25,986 bases of DNA from Polyangiales bacterium (GTDB taxonomy: Bacteria > Myxococcota_A > Polyangia > Polyangiales > Houyiibacteriaceae), in NCBI GenBank assembly GCA_045106895.1, contig JBGCFM010000186.1, positions 1 through 25,986 on the forward strand. The letters run 5' to 3'. Below are positions 1-8,982 of this stretch, in pieces. The position numbers were made by a program, and so were the translations under genes. Each line of letters opens with the position of its first letter. The first letter of the stretch is position 1. The notes below the pieces were generated by a model. The model saw only the letters and a list, made by a program, of their open reading frames with translations, had not been told where the DNA came from and searched no databases.

Positions 1-1284
1 ATTCGGCGCCGTCACTTCAGGCTCCATGCTCGGGGCACGCTCTACCTCAGTCGTTGCCGCTGCTGCCTTCATGGTTGGAGATTCCTCTCCAGGAGATGAA
101 GTCTCCATGCCAACGGAAGCGACTGGCTCGGCAGACGGCAAAGACACGGACAGTGGACCCGGTGTCTGCGGCGGGCTGCCTGTCCCACCGATCGTAAAGA
201 CTGCGAGGGCCGCGAGGCACACAATGACCAGCCCCGCCGCGATGAATCGTCCGGCTTTGTTTTGAGGAAGGCTTGGCAGAGGAGCGTCCGTGTCTCGCGC
301 CGCCGCCATCGTCACAGCGCTCACCTTCGCGTGCACGGGAGCTGGCGGCACGTGGAGCGAACTGGCCGGCATCGTCGGCTTCTCGGTGTCGACGAAGTCA
401 CGCAACGTCGTCTCCGGCGGGGGCTCGCTCATCGCCGCTCGTCCTTGGCGAAGGGCTCCTCCAAATGCGCCGGCGCTCGAAAAGCGATGCTTGGGCAGCA
501 GCGACATAGCGCGCTGCACGGCATTGGTCATGATCCGTGGCGTCCGCGGCGCATACGTTCCAACGGGCGCGTACTCTCCTCGGAGAACGCTGTCCAAAAG
601 GTCTCCGAGCGTCTCTCCACCGAAGGGCCGAACTCCCGTCAGACACTCATACAGAACCACACCAAGCATGTAGACGTCGGCTTCGACACCAATCGCCGCG
701 GAGCGGACCTGCTCCGGCGGCATGTAGTAAGGAGTTCCGACCAGAGAGCTCGTCTTTGTGAGCGCTCCATGCCGATCCGTGTATCCAGAAACAAAGGTCG
801 CAATCCCGAAATCGAGAATTTTGAGCCTCTCTTCATCTCTTTCGCCGACAACGAAGAGGTTGTCTGGCTTCAGGTCCCGGTGCAGCACCCCGACGGCGTG
901 TGCGATCTCGAGGGCTTCGCAAGCTTGGACGCCAAGGTTTAACACACGCCGCCAGTGCAACTTGCCTCCCTCGGCAGCCAGTAGCTGACCTAAGGTCCGA
1001 CCTTGTAGCTGCTCCATCAGAATGAAGGGAGAGCCGTCGTGGAGCTTCCCATGGTCGTAGATCTTCGGGACATACGCACAGTCGAGACGCTTGATGACCT
1101 CAGCCTCGCGCTGAAAGCGGCGCTGCATGCTCTCGCTCGACGCGTCCACGATCATGACCTTCAACGCAAGCGGCACTGCATGCGACGCCGAAGCGACGGA
1201 ATACACACGGCCAAACGCCCCTTGCCCAAGGAGCTCGATGACCTGCATGCCAGCAATGGTCGCGCCGCGTTCGAGTAACTTCAT
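1..1284 (-). CDS. Membrane-anchored Hanks-type Ser/Thr protein kinase (3' end runs off the window)
   Basis: Not in the ORF track because there is no stop in the window. Manual translation from ATG 1284 gives MKLLERGATIAGMQVIELLGQGAFGRVY (Gly loop), LALKVM, RRFQREAEV, HRDLKPDNLF, KILDFGIA, VGTPYYMPPEQ, DVYMLGVVLYECLTG, then a Pro/Ala-rich linker, a TM segment FIAAGLVIVCLAALAVFTIG and a low-complexity tail. Confidence 0.93.
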   Translation of the reverse strand, partial: MKLLERGATIAGMQVIELLGQGAFGRVYSVASASHAVPLALKVMIVDASSESMQRRFQREAEVIKRLDCAYVPKIYDHGKLHDGSPFILMEQLQGRTLGQLLAAEGGKLHWRRVLNLGVQACEALEIAHAVGVLHRDLKPDNLFVVGERDEERLKILDFGIATFVSGYTDRHGALTKTSSLVGTPYYMPPEQVRSAAIGVEADVYMLGVVLYECLTGVRPFGGETLGDLLDSVLRGEYAPVGTYAPRTPRIMTNAVQRAMSLLPKHRFSSAGAFGGALRQGRAAMSEPPPETTLRDFVDTEKPTMPASSLHVPPAPVHAKVSAVTMAAARDTDAPLPSLPQNKAGRFIAAGLVIVCLAALAVFTIGGTGSPPQTPGPLSVSLPSAEPVASVGMETSSPGEESPTMKAAAATTEVERAPSMEPEVTAPN

Positions 1285-1289
1285 GGGTT

Positions 1290-3156
1290 CTACTCGAAGG
1301 CCAGGCGCCGAACGTAGACGGCGTCGCTATCCGTACGACTGTTGTTGTCCTGGCCGCCACCTACGCCGGTGGCGTCGGAGTCTTCCAGTGGCCCTCCGAG
1401 GACTAACGTGTCGCCATCGAGGTCAACCGACGCGAGACGATCTTCTTCATCGGGAATGGGTGCCTTGACGTAGGCGAGTTGGTTCCAAGATCCGTCGATG
1501 CGCCCAAAGATGTATGCGGCTCCACTGAGAGGAGCCTCGTTGTTGGTATCGTCGCCGCCGACGCCCGCCGAGCCTCCGCCCTCACCGACGGCGACAACAA
1601 CGACTCGATCCCCAGAAACGGAGACGTCGAAGCCAAACACGTCACCCGCCTCGGTGTTCGATGCTTTCAGGTAAGCGACCGGCGCCCACTCGATGCCGGT
1701 TCGGTCGAACACGTACGCCGCGCCCGCACCCGCGACTCGATTCTCTGTCGTGATGACCTGGCTACCGTCGACACCCGTGGCTGGGCTGCCTTCTCCAATG
1801 GCACCGACAACGATCCGGTCGCCGTCCACGGCGACAGCGCCGCCAAACGCATACGCCCCGCCGCGGTCCGAGTCGGTGGACGTGGTCGCCTTGAGATAAA
1901 CCTGCAGAGCCCATTCCGCCCCGTCGAAGGCGAACACGTAGGCTGCGCCGGAATCTCTCGGCGTGTTTCCCGTGAACCCGGGTTCAGGGTTTGCCCCGGT
2001 CAAAGTCCCGTCTTCCCGGGGCGCTCCGACGACCAACGTGCCGCCGTCGAGAGCGAGGGCAATACCAAAGTCATCGCTCTCGTCGAAGTTCGGCGCTTTG
2101 ATGTACGCAGCCTGAGTCCAGCCATCGTCCCCAAGCTCGAAGAGCACCACGGCTCCCGTGTTTTGCGCTCCATTGTCGGTGGAGTCGTTTCTGTCAGCGC
2201 TGTCTTCGCGAATGGAACCCATCGCCACCAGGTTTCCAGAGATGGCGACGCTAACGCCCCAGTTGTCCCCGTTCACGCCTCCTGCGACGCCGTTGTCGGG
2301 CCCCTTCAAGTAGGCCACCTGCGCCCAGGTGTCGCCGGCGCGATCGAAGATATAGGCGGCGCCGTGTTTGTCGAGGTTGTCGTTTTCGCCATCGCCGTCG
2401 ACGCCCATGGCCTCGCTGCTCTCGTGGAACGCGCCAATAACGATACGGTCTCCGTCGATGGCCACGGCATTGCCGAACTGGTCTCCTGCGCCTGCGTTGT
2501 CCGCTTTGAGGTATGCCTGCTGCACCCACTCTCCATCCACACGGACGAAGACAAACGCTGCGCCAGAGTCGACGCGTGCATTGTTGGAGTCGCTGCCGTC
2601 GACGCCAGTGGCGTCGCTATCTTCTTGAGAAACACCAACGACCATCGTGTCGCCACTGATCGCGACACGTTGGCCGAAGTTGTCACTCACTCCGGTGTTC
2701 GACGCCTTGACGTAGGCGTCCTCGAAGGTCGCACACGACACACCAAGGCTCATGTTGCACGCGTCGTCGCAGGGTGGGTCCGCACATATCTCACCGCACG
2801 TCGTATCGGGTCCGGGAGCCGGGTCGTTTCGGCCCGTAAAGGTGCCCGCTTTACACGTCGTGCACACATCGCCCTGAACGTTCTCGTCCCGCGCACAGAG
2901 AGTCGTGGGCCCAGCGTCCGGCATCGACCCGTCGAGCTCCTCAACGTCATCTCCAACGTCTCGAGTTGCGACACCTTCAAGCCCGGCATCTTCGAAGGCA
3001 TCCGTCCCGCCGTCTACAATGACGACGTCCCGGAGCGCGGCATCCGGGGACGTTCGCAGCGGTGCCGTCAAAGTCCGTCAGTGCACTGAATCCGCCAAGA
3101 GTAAGAACGCTCGCAAAGACGAGGCTGGAAGCGGCCAGAGTGAGCGGTTGGTTCAT
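1290..3156 (-). CDS. FG-GAP (integrin-alpha-like) beta-propeller repeat protein; 5' frameshift, possible pseudogene
   Basis: Body 1290-~3046 has about six repeats of AY(V/L)KA...D.FG..VA.(S/D)G...VVGA..E......SGAAYVF and a Cys-rich module. The signal-peptide-like start MNQPLTLAASSLVFASVLTLGGFSALTDFDG (ATG 3156) is in a different frame (total 1867 nt = 3n+1). Confidence 0.85.
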
Positions 3157-3321
3157 AGCTCGTTCGACTTCAACAGTGTGCAAACAGGGGGGGGCAAAGG
3201 TGAGGGGCGAGCGGGGTGACGTCAGAAGCGTACGGACGCCGTGGCTTGTCGATGGAGCGGGAGGAAACCCGGCCGCATCCACGAGCGTGGCGCATCCAAA
3301 GGCGTGGAGCGCTCTGTCCAC

Positions 3322-5223
3322 TTACTCGCGCTCCAGGCGCCGAACGTAGACGGCGCCGCTGTCCTGCGTGTCGTTGTTGTCGGGGTCACCGTCGACGCCG
3401 ATGGCGCTCGATTCTTCGTTCGGCGCGCCAATAGCCAGCGTGTTTCCGTCGAGGGCAACCACCTCGCCAGCGAAGTCTTCCGCATCGGGGAAGGCGGCTT
3501 TGACGTAGGCAAGGTAGCGCCAGACATCATCGACGCGCCGAAAGATGTAGGCAGCTCCGCTCAAGGAAGCCCCGTTGTCGGCATCAACGCCACTCCCCAC
3601 ACCGGGTGACGAGCCATCCTCGCCGAAGGCGCCCACCGCGACGACGTCTCCGGAAACGGCGACATCGCTACCAAATGCGTCGCCCGCGTCCGGACTCGAT
3701 GCTTTGAGGTATGCAACCTGCGTCCATAGGCGGCCGGTGCGGTCGAATACATACGCCGCGCCCGCGCCCCCAAGTCGGGTTCCCGAATCGAACTCCTCCT
3801 CCCCGTTGACTCCGCTTGCTGGGCTACTTTCGCCGGTGGCACCCACGACAACCCGATTCCCGTCGACGGCCACCGTACGCCCAAAACTCGTATCGACTCC
3901 CAAGGCGCCGCTCAAGACCGTTGAAGGCTTGAGGTAGGCCTGAAGAACCCAAGAGCTCCCGTCGAACACGAACACGTAGGCCGCGCCAACGGCTCTTCCG
4001 AAGACTTCGTTCTCAACGATGACTCCAAATCGAGGTGGGTGCTGCACACCAGCCCTCGTGTTGTCTTCCCCATCCGCTCCCACCACCAACGTGGTTCCGT
4101 CCAACGCGATGGAAGTCCCGAAAAAATCACCGCTACGAACGTTCGGTGCCTTGAGCGAGAGCAACCTACTCCAACCTCCATCCCCGCCGCGTTCAAACAG
4201 CGCCACCGCTCCGCCATTGTCCAAATCGTTGTTGGTGGGGTTGTTACCAACGCTGTCTTCTTTCGGCCCACCGACCGCGACGAGAGAACCCGAAACGGCG
4301 ACGCTGCTGCCCCACTCATCACCAAACATTGACACCCCGTTGCCTGCCACGCGGACGGTGGAGTTGGGCCCTTTCAGGTAGGCGACCTGTTCCCAGGTCT
4401 CGCCCGTGCGTTCAAAGACATATGCCGCGCCGTGGTCTTCTAGAAGATCGTTTGAGCCGTCGTTGTTAACGTTCGTCGCGTTGCTGTCTTCGAAAGGCGC
4501 GCCGACGACGATCCGGTCTCCGTCGATGGCAACGGATCGACCAAACTCGTCTCCTGCCCCCGCGTTGTCTGCTTTGAGATAGGCCTGCTCCATCCAGACC
4601 CCACCGACGCGTACGTAAACGTAGGCCGCGCCGGAATCGATTCGTGCGTTGTTCCCTTCGCCGCTGCTGCTGACGCCGGTGGCGTCACTGTCTTCCAGGG
4701 GAGCACCCACCACCATCGTGTTTCCGCTGATGGCGATGGCTGCGCCGAAGTTGTCCGCTGCGCCTGTGTTGGACGCCTTCACATACGCATCCTCGAAGAC
4801 CTCACACGGCACGCCGAGGCTGAGATCGCACGCGTCGCATGGGAGGTTCGCGCACTCGGCGTCGCACTCTGTGTCCGGCCCAGCCGCGGGATCGTTTCGC
4901 GCCGTGAACGTACCGAATGCACAGGGCGTGCAGGTATTGGCCAGAACATTTTCATCTCGGTCGCAGAGAATCGCGGGGCCTGCGTCGACGGGCACGGACG
5001 TGTCTTCGCCAGCGTCGACGACATTGCCTGCGTCGCCCGCATCGCTGCCGCTGTCGCGGTCCACGCCCCCGTCGACAGCCGCGTCGGCGTCGACAGCCCC
5101 ATCGCCTACAGCGCCGTCTCCAGTGGCGCCATCGGCCGCAACCCCCTCGAAATCCGTGAGGGCGGTACATCCGCAGAAGGCGAGAGCGCAGGCGATAAGA
5201 CAGGAAACGAGCGTTCTGTTCAT
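3322..5223 (-). CDS. FG-GAP (integrin-alpha-like) beta-propeller repeat lipoprotein
   Basis: Start MNRTLVSCLIACALAFCGC (lipoprotein-type signal) at ATG 5223, a D/G/A-rich myxobacterial-type linker, a Cys-rich module CTPCAFGTF, and FG-GAP repeats such as DNFGAAIAISGNTMVVGAPLEDS. The upstream part of the 720-aa ORF overlaps the TPR gene and was discarded. Confidence 0.9.
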   Translation of the reverse strand: MNRTLVSCLIACALAFCGCTALTDFEGVAADGATGDGAVGDGAVDADAAVDGGVDRDSGSDAGDAGNVVDAGEDTSVPVDAGPAILCDRDENVLANTCTPCAFGTFTARNDPAAGPDTECDAECANLPCDACDLSLGVPCEVFEDAYVKASNTGAADNFGAAIAISGNTMVVGAPLEDSDATGVSSSGEGNNARIDSGAAYVYVRVGGVWMEQAYLKADNAGAGDEFGRSVAIDGDRIVVGAPFEDSNATNVNNDGSNDLLEDHGAAYVFERTGETWEQVAYLKGPNSTVRVAGNGVSMFGDEWGSSVAVSGSLVAVGGPKEDSVGNNPTNNDLDNGGAVALFERGGDGGWSRLLSLKAPNVRSGDFFGTSIALDGTTLVVGADGEDNTRAGVQHPPRFGVIVENEVFGRAVGAAYVFVFDGSSWVLQAYLKPSTVLSGALGVDTSFGRTVAVDGNRVVVGATGESSPASGVNGEEEFDSGTRLGGAGAAYVFDRTGRLWTQVAYLKASSPDAGDAFGSDVAVSGDVVAVGAFGEDGSSPGVGSGVDADNGASLSGAAYIFRRVDDVWRYLAYVKAAFPDAEDFAGEVVALDGNTLAIGAPNEESSAIGVDGDPDNNDTQDSGAVYVRRLERE

Positions 5224-5288
5224 AGGATCCAATATGAGGTGGGAGGGCGAGTTCGGTGAGCGGGGCGAGCGCGGTTCAATGTCGTGCT

Positions 5289-6143
5289 TTAGAAGCTTCC
5301 AGTAAGCGTGGCGGCGCATCCATCCGCGCTGCAGCTGGCCACCGCGTCCACGGGCGGGTCTTTGTCGAGAAGCAGCCAGAGCACCCCGCCAGCCGCCAGC
5401 GCAACACCTCCGAAGAGCAGCACGTCTGTGGTCAACGCCAACGTGCGACCGCGCTCTTGCACGCTTTCGAAGTCGCCGACGCACAGGTTGTTTTCACAGA
5501 GCGCGTCGCGGTCGGACTGGGCAGAAAGCGCCAGCACGCCCGTGACTGCACCAGCCACAACCATTGCGGCGCCTGTTCCCACGAGCACCCACGGCACGAC
5601 GGAGCCGCCCTCCGACTCCTGCGGCGCTTCGTACGCCTCAACGTCCGCTGTATTCCCTCGGTCCTCCGGCGTGACCTCTACTTCCACTTCTACTTCCGCC
5701 GCCTCCCCTTCCGCCGTCGCGCGATCGCGCAGGCTCCGAGTCTGCTCGAGTCGCACCTCCAACTGCCGACGGCGAGAGCCCTCCGGAACGACGGGCAGAT
5801 ACCCTTCAAGGGCGACGGCGGCCTCGGCGAACTCGCTCGCTTCTCGATGCGCAAGAAACGCGTTGTAGAGAAGTTCGGTACGGCCCGAGAGCTCGTACGC
5901 TACTTGGAACTCATCCGCTGCATTCGAAAAGCGACCATCACGGTAGTAGCGCTCTGCAAGTTCGAAATGAATACGAGCCTCCTCCTCCGATTCCGCTGAG
6001 ACCTCGACCGCCGTTGGCGTCTCTGTCTGCGCCTGCGCGAGGATGGGAGCGAAGAAAACGAAGCAGAGCCCCGCGACCATCAACGCTGGAATGCGAATCG
6101 AAGATGCGGGAGCTCGAAGAGGGGAGACTGGGGCTTCAAACAC
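5289..6143 (-). CDS. Secreted/membrane TPR protein (myxobacterial TPR/PEGA-family-like)
   Basis: Signal-like segment LMVAGLCFVFFAPILAQA, TPR-like EEARIHFELAERYYRDGRFSNAADEFQVAYELSGRTELLYN, two C-terminal hydrophobic helices, Cys pairs (CENNLC, CSADGC) and terminal LTGSF. Confidence 0.82.
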   Translation of the reverse strand: MFEAPVSPLRAPASSIRIPALMVAGLCFVFFAPILAQAQTETPTAVEVSAESEEEARIHFELAERYYRDGRFSNAADEFQVAYELSGRTELLYNAFLAHREASEFAEAAVALEGYLPVVPEGSRRRQLEVRLEQTRSLRDRATAEGEAAEVEVEVEVTPEDRGNTADVEAYEAPQESEGGSVVPWVLVGTGAAMVVAGAVTGVLALSAQSDRDALCENNLCVGDFESVQERGRTLALTTDVLLFGGVALAAGGVLWLLLDKDPPVDAVASCSADGCAATLTGSF

Positions 6144-6281
6144 GGCCTAGAACTAGCAACAAGCGTCACCCGACGACCACTTAATAATCCCTTATTCCCC
6201 ATAGATTTCCACAGTTTATAAACCACCGAGGTGCAACAAAACGTGAATCACCCGCTTGTTCCAGTGGCAAGCGAGGGGGGC

Positions 6282-6297
6282 TAGTTCAGATGTACTA
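6282..6297. promoter_or_regulatory. Candidate operator, 7-2-7 inverted repeat TAGTTCA-GA-TGTACTA
   Basis: One mismatch from a perfect inverted repeat, in the intergenic region between the NarL-type regulator and the TPR operon. Confidence 0.4.
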
Positions 6298-6370
6298 AAC
6301 TCCCCAACGACCCCTTGGCGACGCTTTCACGCACAGGCGACGGGCTCAAAGGAGAGCGCCTCGAAGCCAG

Positions 6371-7027
6371 CTACGAGTCGACGCCAAAAGCACGCTCGGC
6401 CAGGAGCGCTTGGGCCTTTGGGTGCATGGCTGCCTGAGTGCGGTTCTCCACCGAGAGCGCTCGAAAGATCGCGCTCACATGAACACGAACAGTCGAGTGG
6501 CTCATGCCGAGCTGTACAGCGATCTCTTTGTTCGCGAGACCCCCGGCGAGGCCAAGCAGCACATCTTGCTGTCGCGGGGTCAGACGAACCGGGCTCGGGG
6601 CTGCTTTCGCTGCCTCCGCAGCGCTGCTCGACCAGGTCGGCAGCACTTCCTTTGGAACGAATACTTCGCCGCAGAGCACCACGTCGATGGCGGCAATAAG
6701 TGTGCTCGCCGGAGCCCCCTTAGGTACGAAGCCGCGCGCACCCGCCGCAAATGCCGACTCAACCGTCTGGCGGCTCACATCCGCCGCAAAGACAAGAATC
6801 AGCGCCTCGGGGACGACCTGATGCAAGTGCTCCACGGCCTCCACCATCCTCGCGTCCGGGAGAGTGAGGTCAACGATAAACAGACCGCCTTCGCCGGACT
6901 CAGCAGCCGCAACGGCGTCCGCTAAACTTGAACACTGAACGATCTCTGTGAAGCGCGGATCCGGCTTCAACATCCCGGCCAAGCCAGCTCGTAAGATTGG
7001 ATGATCGTCTACGATCAGGACCCGCAT
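6371..7027 (-). CDS. NarL/FixJ (LuxR-HTH) response regulator
   Basis: Receiver MRVLIVDDHPILR...FIVDLTLPD...GARGFVPK and HTH LTPRQQDVLLGLAGGLANKEIAVQLGMSHSTVRVHVSAIFRALSVENRTQA. ATG 7027 chosen at the start of the receiver fold. Confidence 0.95.
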   Translation of the reverse strand: MRVLIVDDHPILRAGLAGMLKPDPRFTEIVQCSSLADAVAAAESGEGGLFIVDLTLPDARMVEAVEHLHQVVPEALILVFAADVSRQTVESAFAAGARGFVPKGAPASTLIAAIDVVLCGEVFVPKEVLPTWSSSAAEAAKAAPSPVRLTPRQQDVLLGLAGGLANKEIAVQLGMSHSTVRVHVSAIFRALSVENRTQAAMHPKAQALLAERAFGVDS

Positions 7028-7060
7028 ATTCGGTGCTATGATGATGCGCAGGTATTTCAA

Positions 7061-8881
7061 GTGAAATTCAAAGACGATGAAAGCAGCGCAGCGCGTGGCC
7101 TGTCTTTGACCCCTAAGAACCCAGTGGATGCCGCGACCTTGGTTCTGGACGAGTTTGCTTCAGAGTCACTGAAGGAATCGTATGCCCAACTCAAAGCGGG
7201 CTTCTTCGGGACATGCATTCTGGTGCTACTGACCGTCGTCGCGCTCCGGATCGCCGGCGAGACGCGGCACTTTGCGCTGTGGGCCGCAGGCCATGGGATC
7301 ATTCTGGCGGGCTCGGCTCTTGTGTTCGTGCTCTTCCAAAAAGGAGCGTTCCTCCGTGCCAAGACCGCGCACGCTGCAAGACGGCTGTCCGCGTTGACAG
7401 GAGGTATCGCCTGGGGAGCCGCGGGCATCTTGTGGCCCATCTCTGCCGATCGACCGAGCTGGATTGTGCTCGTCGGCTGCTTTGCGGTGCTCGCTTCCGG
7501 GGCGGCGGTCACCATGGCGAGCGACCCGCCGAGCTTCGTTCTGCTTATCATTGGGACGCTTGCGCCCGCACTATCCCAAGCGCAGATGGAAATCTTCTCG
7601 TGGGGCGTCGTCACGGTCTACTCGGGGGTGTGTTTTGCCACGCTCCTTCGAAACCGTTCCGTGTTTCGCAACATGGTGAAACTGCGCTCGGAGAACAGCG
7701 AGTTGCTCGCGCAAGCGCTTGCGAGTGCGAAGGCCGCAGAACATGCACGCGATCAAGCCCTCGAGGCCGGCAAAGACAAGACGCGTTTTTTGGCCGCAGC
7801 CAGTCACGACCTGCGACAACCAATGCAAGCGATCACCTTGCTCAGCCAGACGCTTACCCGCACGCCCTTGGAACAACTCGATGACATCCAGAACACAGCA
7901 TCATCGATCGAAGATGCGGCGCTCGAGCTGACATCGCTCTTCGAAGGGATCTTGGACTTGTCGCAGCTGGAGCTGGAAACCAAGAACGAAGCGCAGGCGA
8001 TCAACCTACGCAGCATGCTCGACGACGTCGCCGCGGGCATGCTCCTGGAAGCCGAGGCGCGTGAGATGACCGTCAGCGTAGCCGGACCCCAGTTGACGGT
8101 CTTCGCCGACCCGGTCCTGTTGTGGCGCGTCGTTTCTAACCTCGCAAACAACGCGATGGTGCACTCCAGAACGGACCGAATACTCCTCTCGCTGAGGTCG
8201 AGGGGAGAGCACTGCCTGCTTCAGGTGTGGGACCAGGGCGAGGGGATTCGCGAGGAAGACCAAGTGATGATCTTCGAGGAGTTCGCGCAACTCCGAAACG
8301 CCGAACGGCGCCGCGACCGAGGGGCCGGACTTGGCCTCAGTATCGTGCGTCGTATTTGCGCATCGAACCGGTGGGAGATGGGTGTAGAGAGTCGGGTCGG
8401 ACGCGGAAGCTCCTTCTACGTTCGCCTTCCCCGGTTGCCGACCCCCGCTCTCGGGGAAGCCCCGAAGGAAGGAAGTGACGTTAGCGGTTTGAGCGTACTT
8501 GTCGTCGAAGACGATGAGCTCGTGTCGAAGAGTTTGGCACTGGCGCTGCGCTCCTCTGGCGCGAGCGTGACCCTCGCGCCGTCTGCAGAACGCGCGCTCG
8601 AGCTGATCGCCGCCGAAGCCTCCTACGATGTGGTTCTGTCGGACTGCCGACTGCCAGACGGGACCACGGGGATGCAACTTGCGGACAGACTCGCAGATAC
8701 CCACCCGACACTTCCCTGCGTGATTCTCACCGGGGAGCTGCAGTCCGGGGCATGTGATGTGGCGAAGCCCGTCGTAATTCGAAAGCCCGCGTCGCACCAC
8801 GATATCTGCGATGCACTATCAAACGCGTGGGCGGAGACACGTGCATCGTCACGGCACGAATCACTTCAGCGACAAACGTAG
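7061..8881 (+). CDS. Hybrid sensor histidine kinase (multi-TM sensor, HisKA, HATPase, receiver)
   Basis: About six N-terminal TM helices, H-box FLAAASHDLRQP, N-box VVSNLANNA, G1 VWDQGEGI, F-box IFEEF, G2 GAGLGLSIV, receiver VLVVEDD...VLSDCRLPDG...ILTG...KP. Start uncertain; GTG 7061 avoids overlap with the regulator. Confidence 0.93.
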   Translation: MKFKDDESSAARGLSLTPKNPVDAATLVLDEFASESLKESYAQLKAGFFGTCILVLLTVVALRIAGETRHFALWAAGHGIILAGSALVFVLFQKGAFLRAKTAHAARRLSALTGGIAWGAAGILWPISADRPSWIVLVGCFAVLASGAAVTMASDPPSFVLLIIGTLAPALSQAQMEIFSWGVVTVYSGVCFATLLRNRSVFRNMVKLRSENSELLAQALASAKAAEHARDQALEAGKDKTRFLAAASHDLRQPMQAITLLSQTLTRTPLEQLDDIQNTASSIEDAALELTSLFEGILDLSQLELETKNEAQAINLRSMLDDVAAGMLLEAEAREMTVSVAGPQLTVFADPVLLWRVVSNLANNAMVHSRTDRILLSLRSRGEHCLLQVWDQGEGIREEDQVMIFEEFAQLRNAERRRDRGAGLGLSIVRRICASNRWEMGVESRVGRGSSFYVRLPRLPTPALGEAPKEGSDVSGLSVLVVEDDELVSKSLALALRSSGASVTLAPSAERALELIAAEASYDVVLSDCRLPDGTTGMQLADRLADTHPTLPCVILTGELQSGACDVAKPVVIRKPASHHDICDALSNAWAETRASSRHESLQRQT

Positions 8882-8982
8882 CCGAGGTCGTCTCGGCCGA
8901 GGCGGTTGCGTTCTATGCAGGCCTGACCTTCCAAACAGCGCGACGCGTCAGAATCGCAGCCAGAGTGCTGGTCTTTAGAAAC

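Noticed and set aside
262..942. 226-aa + strand ORF and other short ORFs within 1-1290
   Set aside because: Shadows of the minus-strand kinase, which carries all Hanks motifs.
1479..3089. 536-aa + strand ORF
   Set aside because: Antisense shadow of the FG-GAP gene, typical of high-GC codon bias; no recognisable motifs.
1290..4800. Regularly spaced repeats suggesting a CRISPR or other nucleotide repeat array
   Set aside because: The repeats are degenerate, in-frame protein (FG-GAP) repeats; no cas genes and no identical direct repeats with spacers.
5224..5484. Arg-rich N-terminal extension of the 720-aa ORF
   Set aside because: Overlaps the TPR gene in another frame; the lipoprotein signal begins at ATG 5223.
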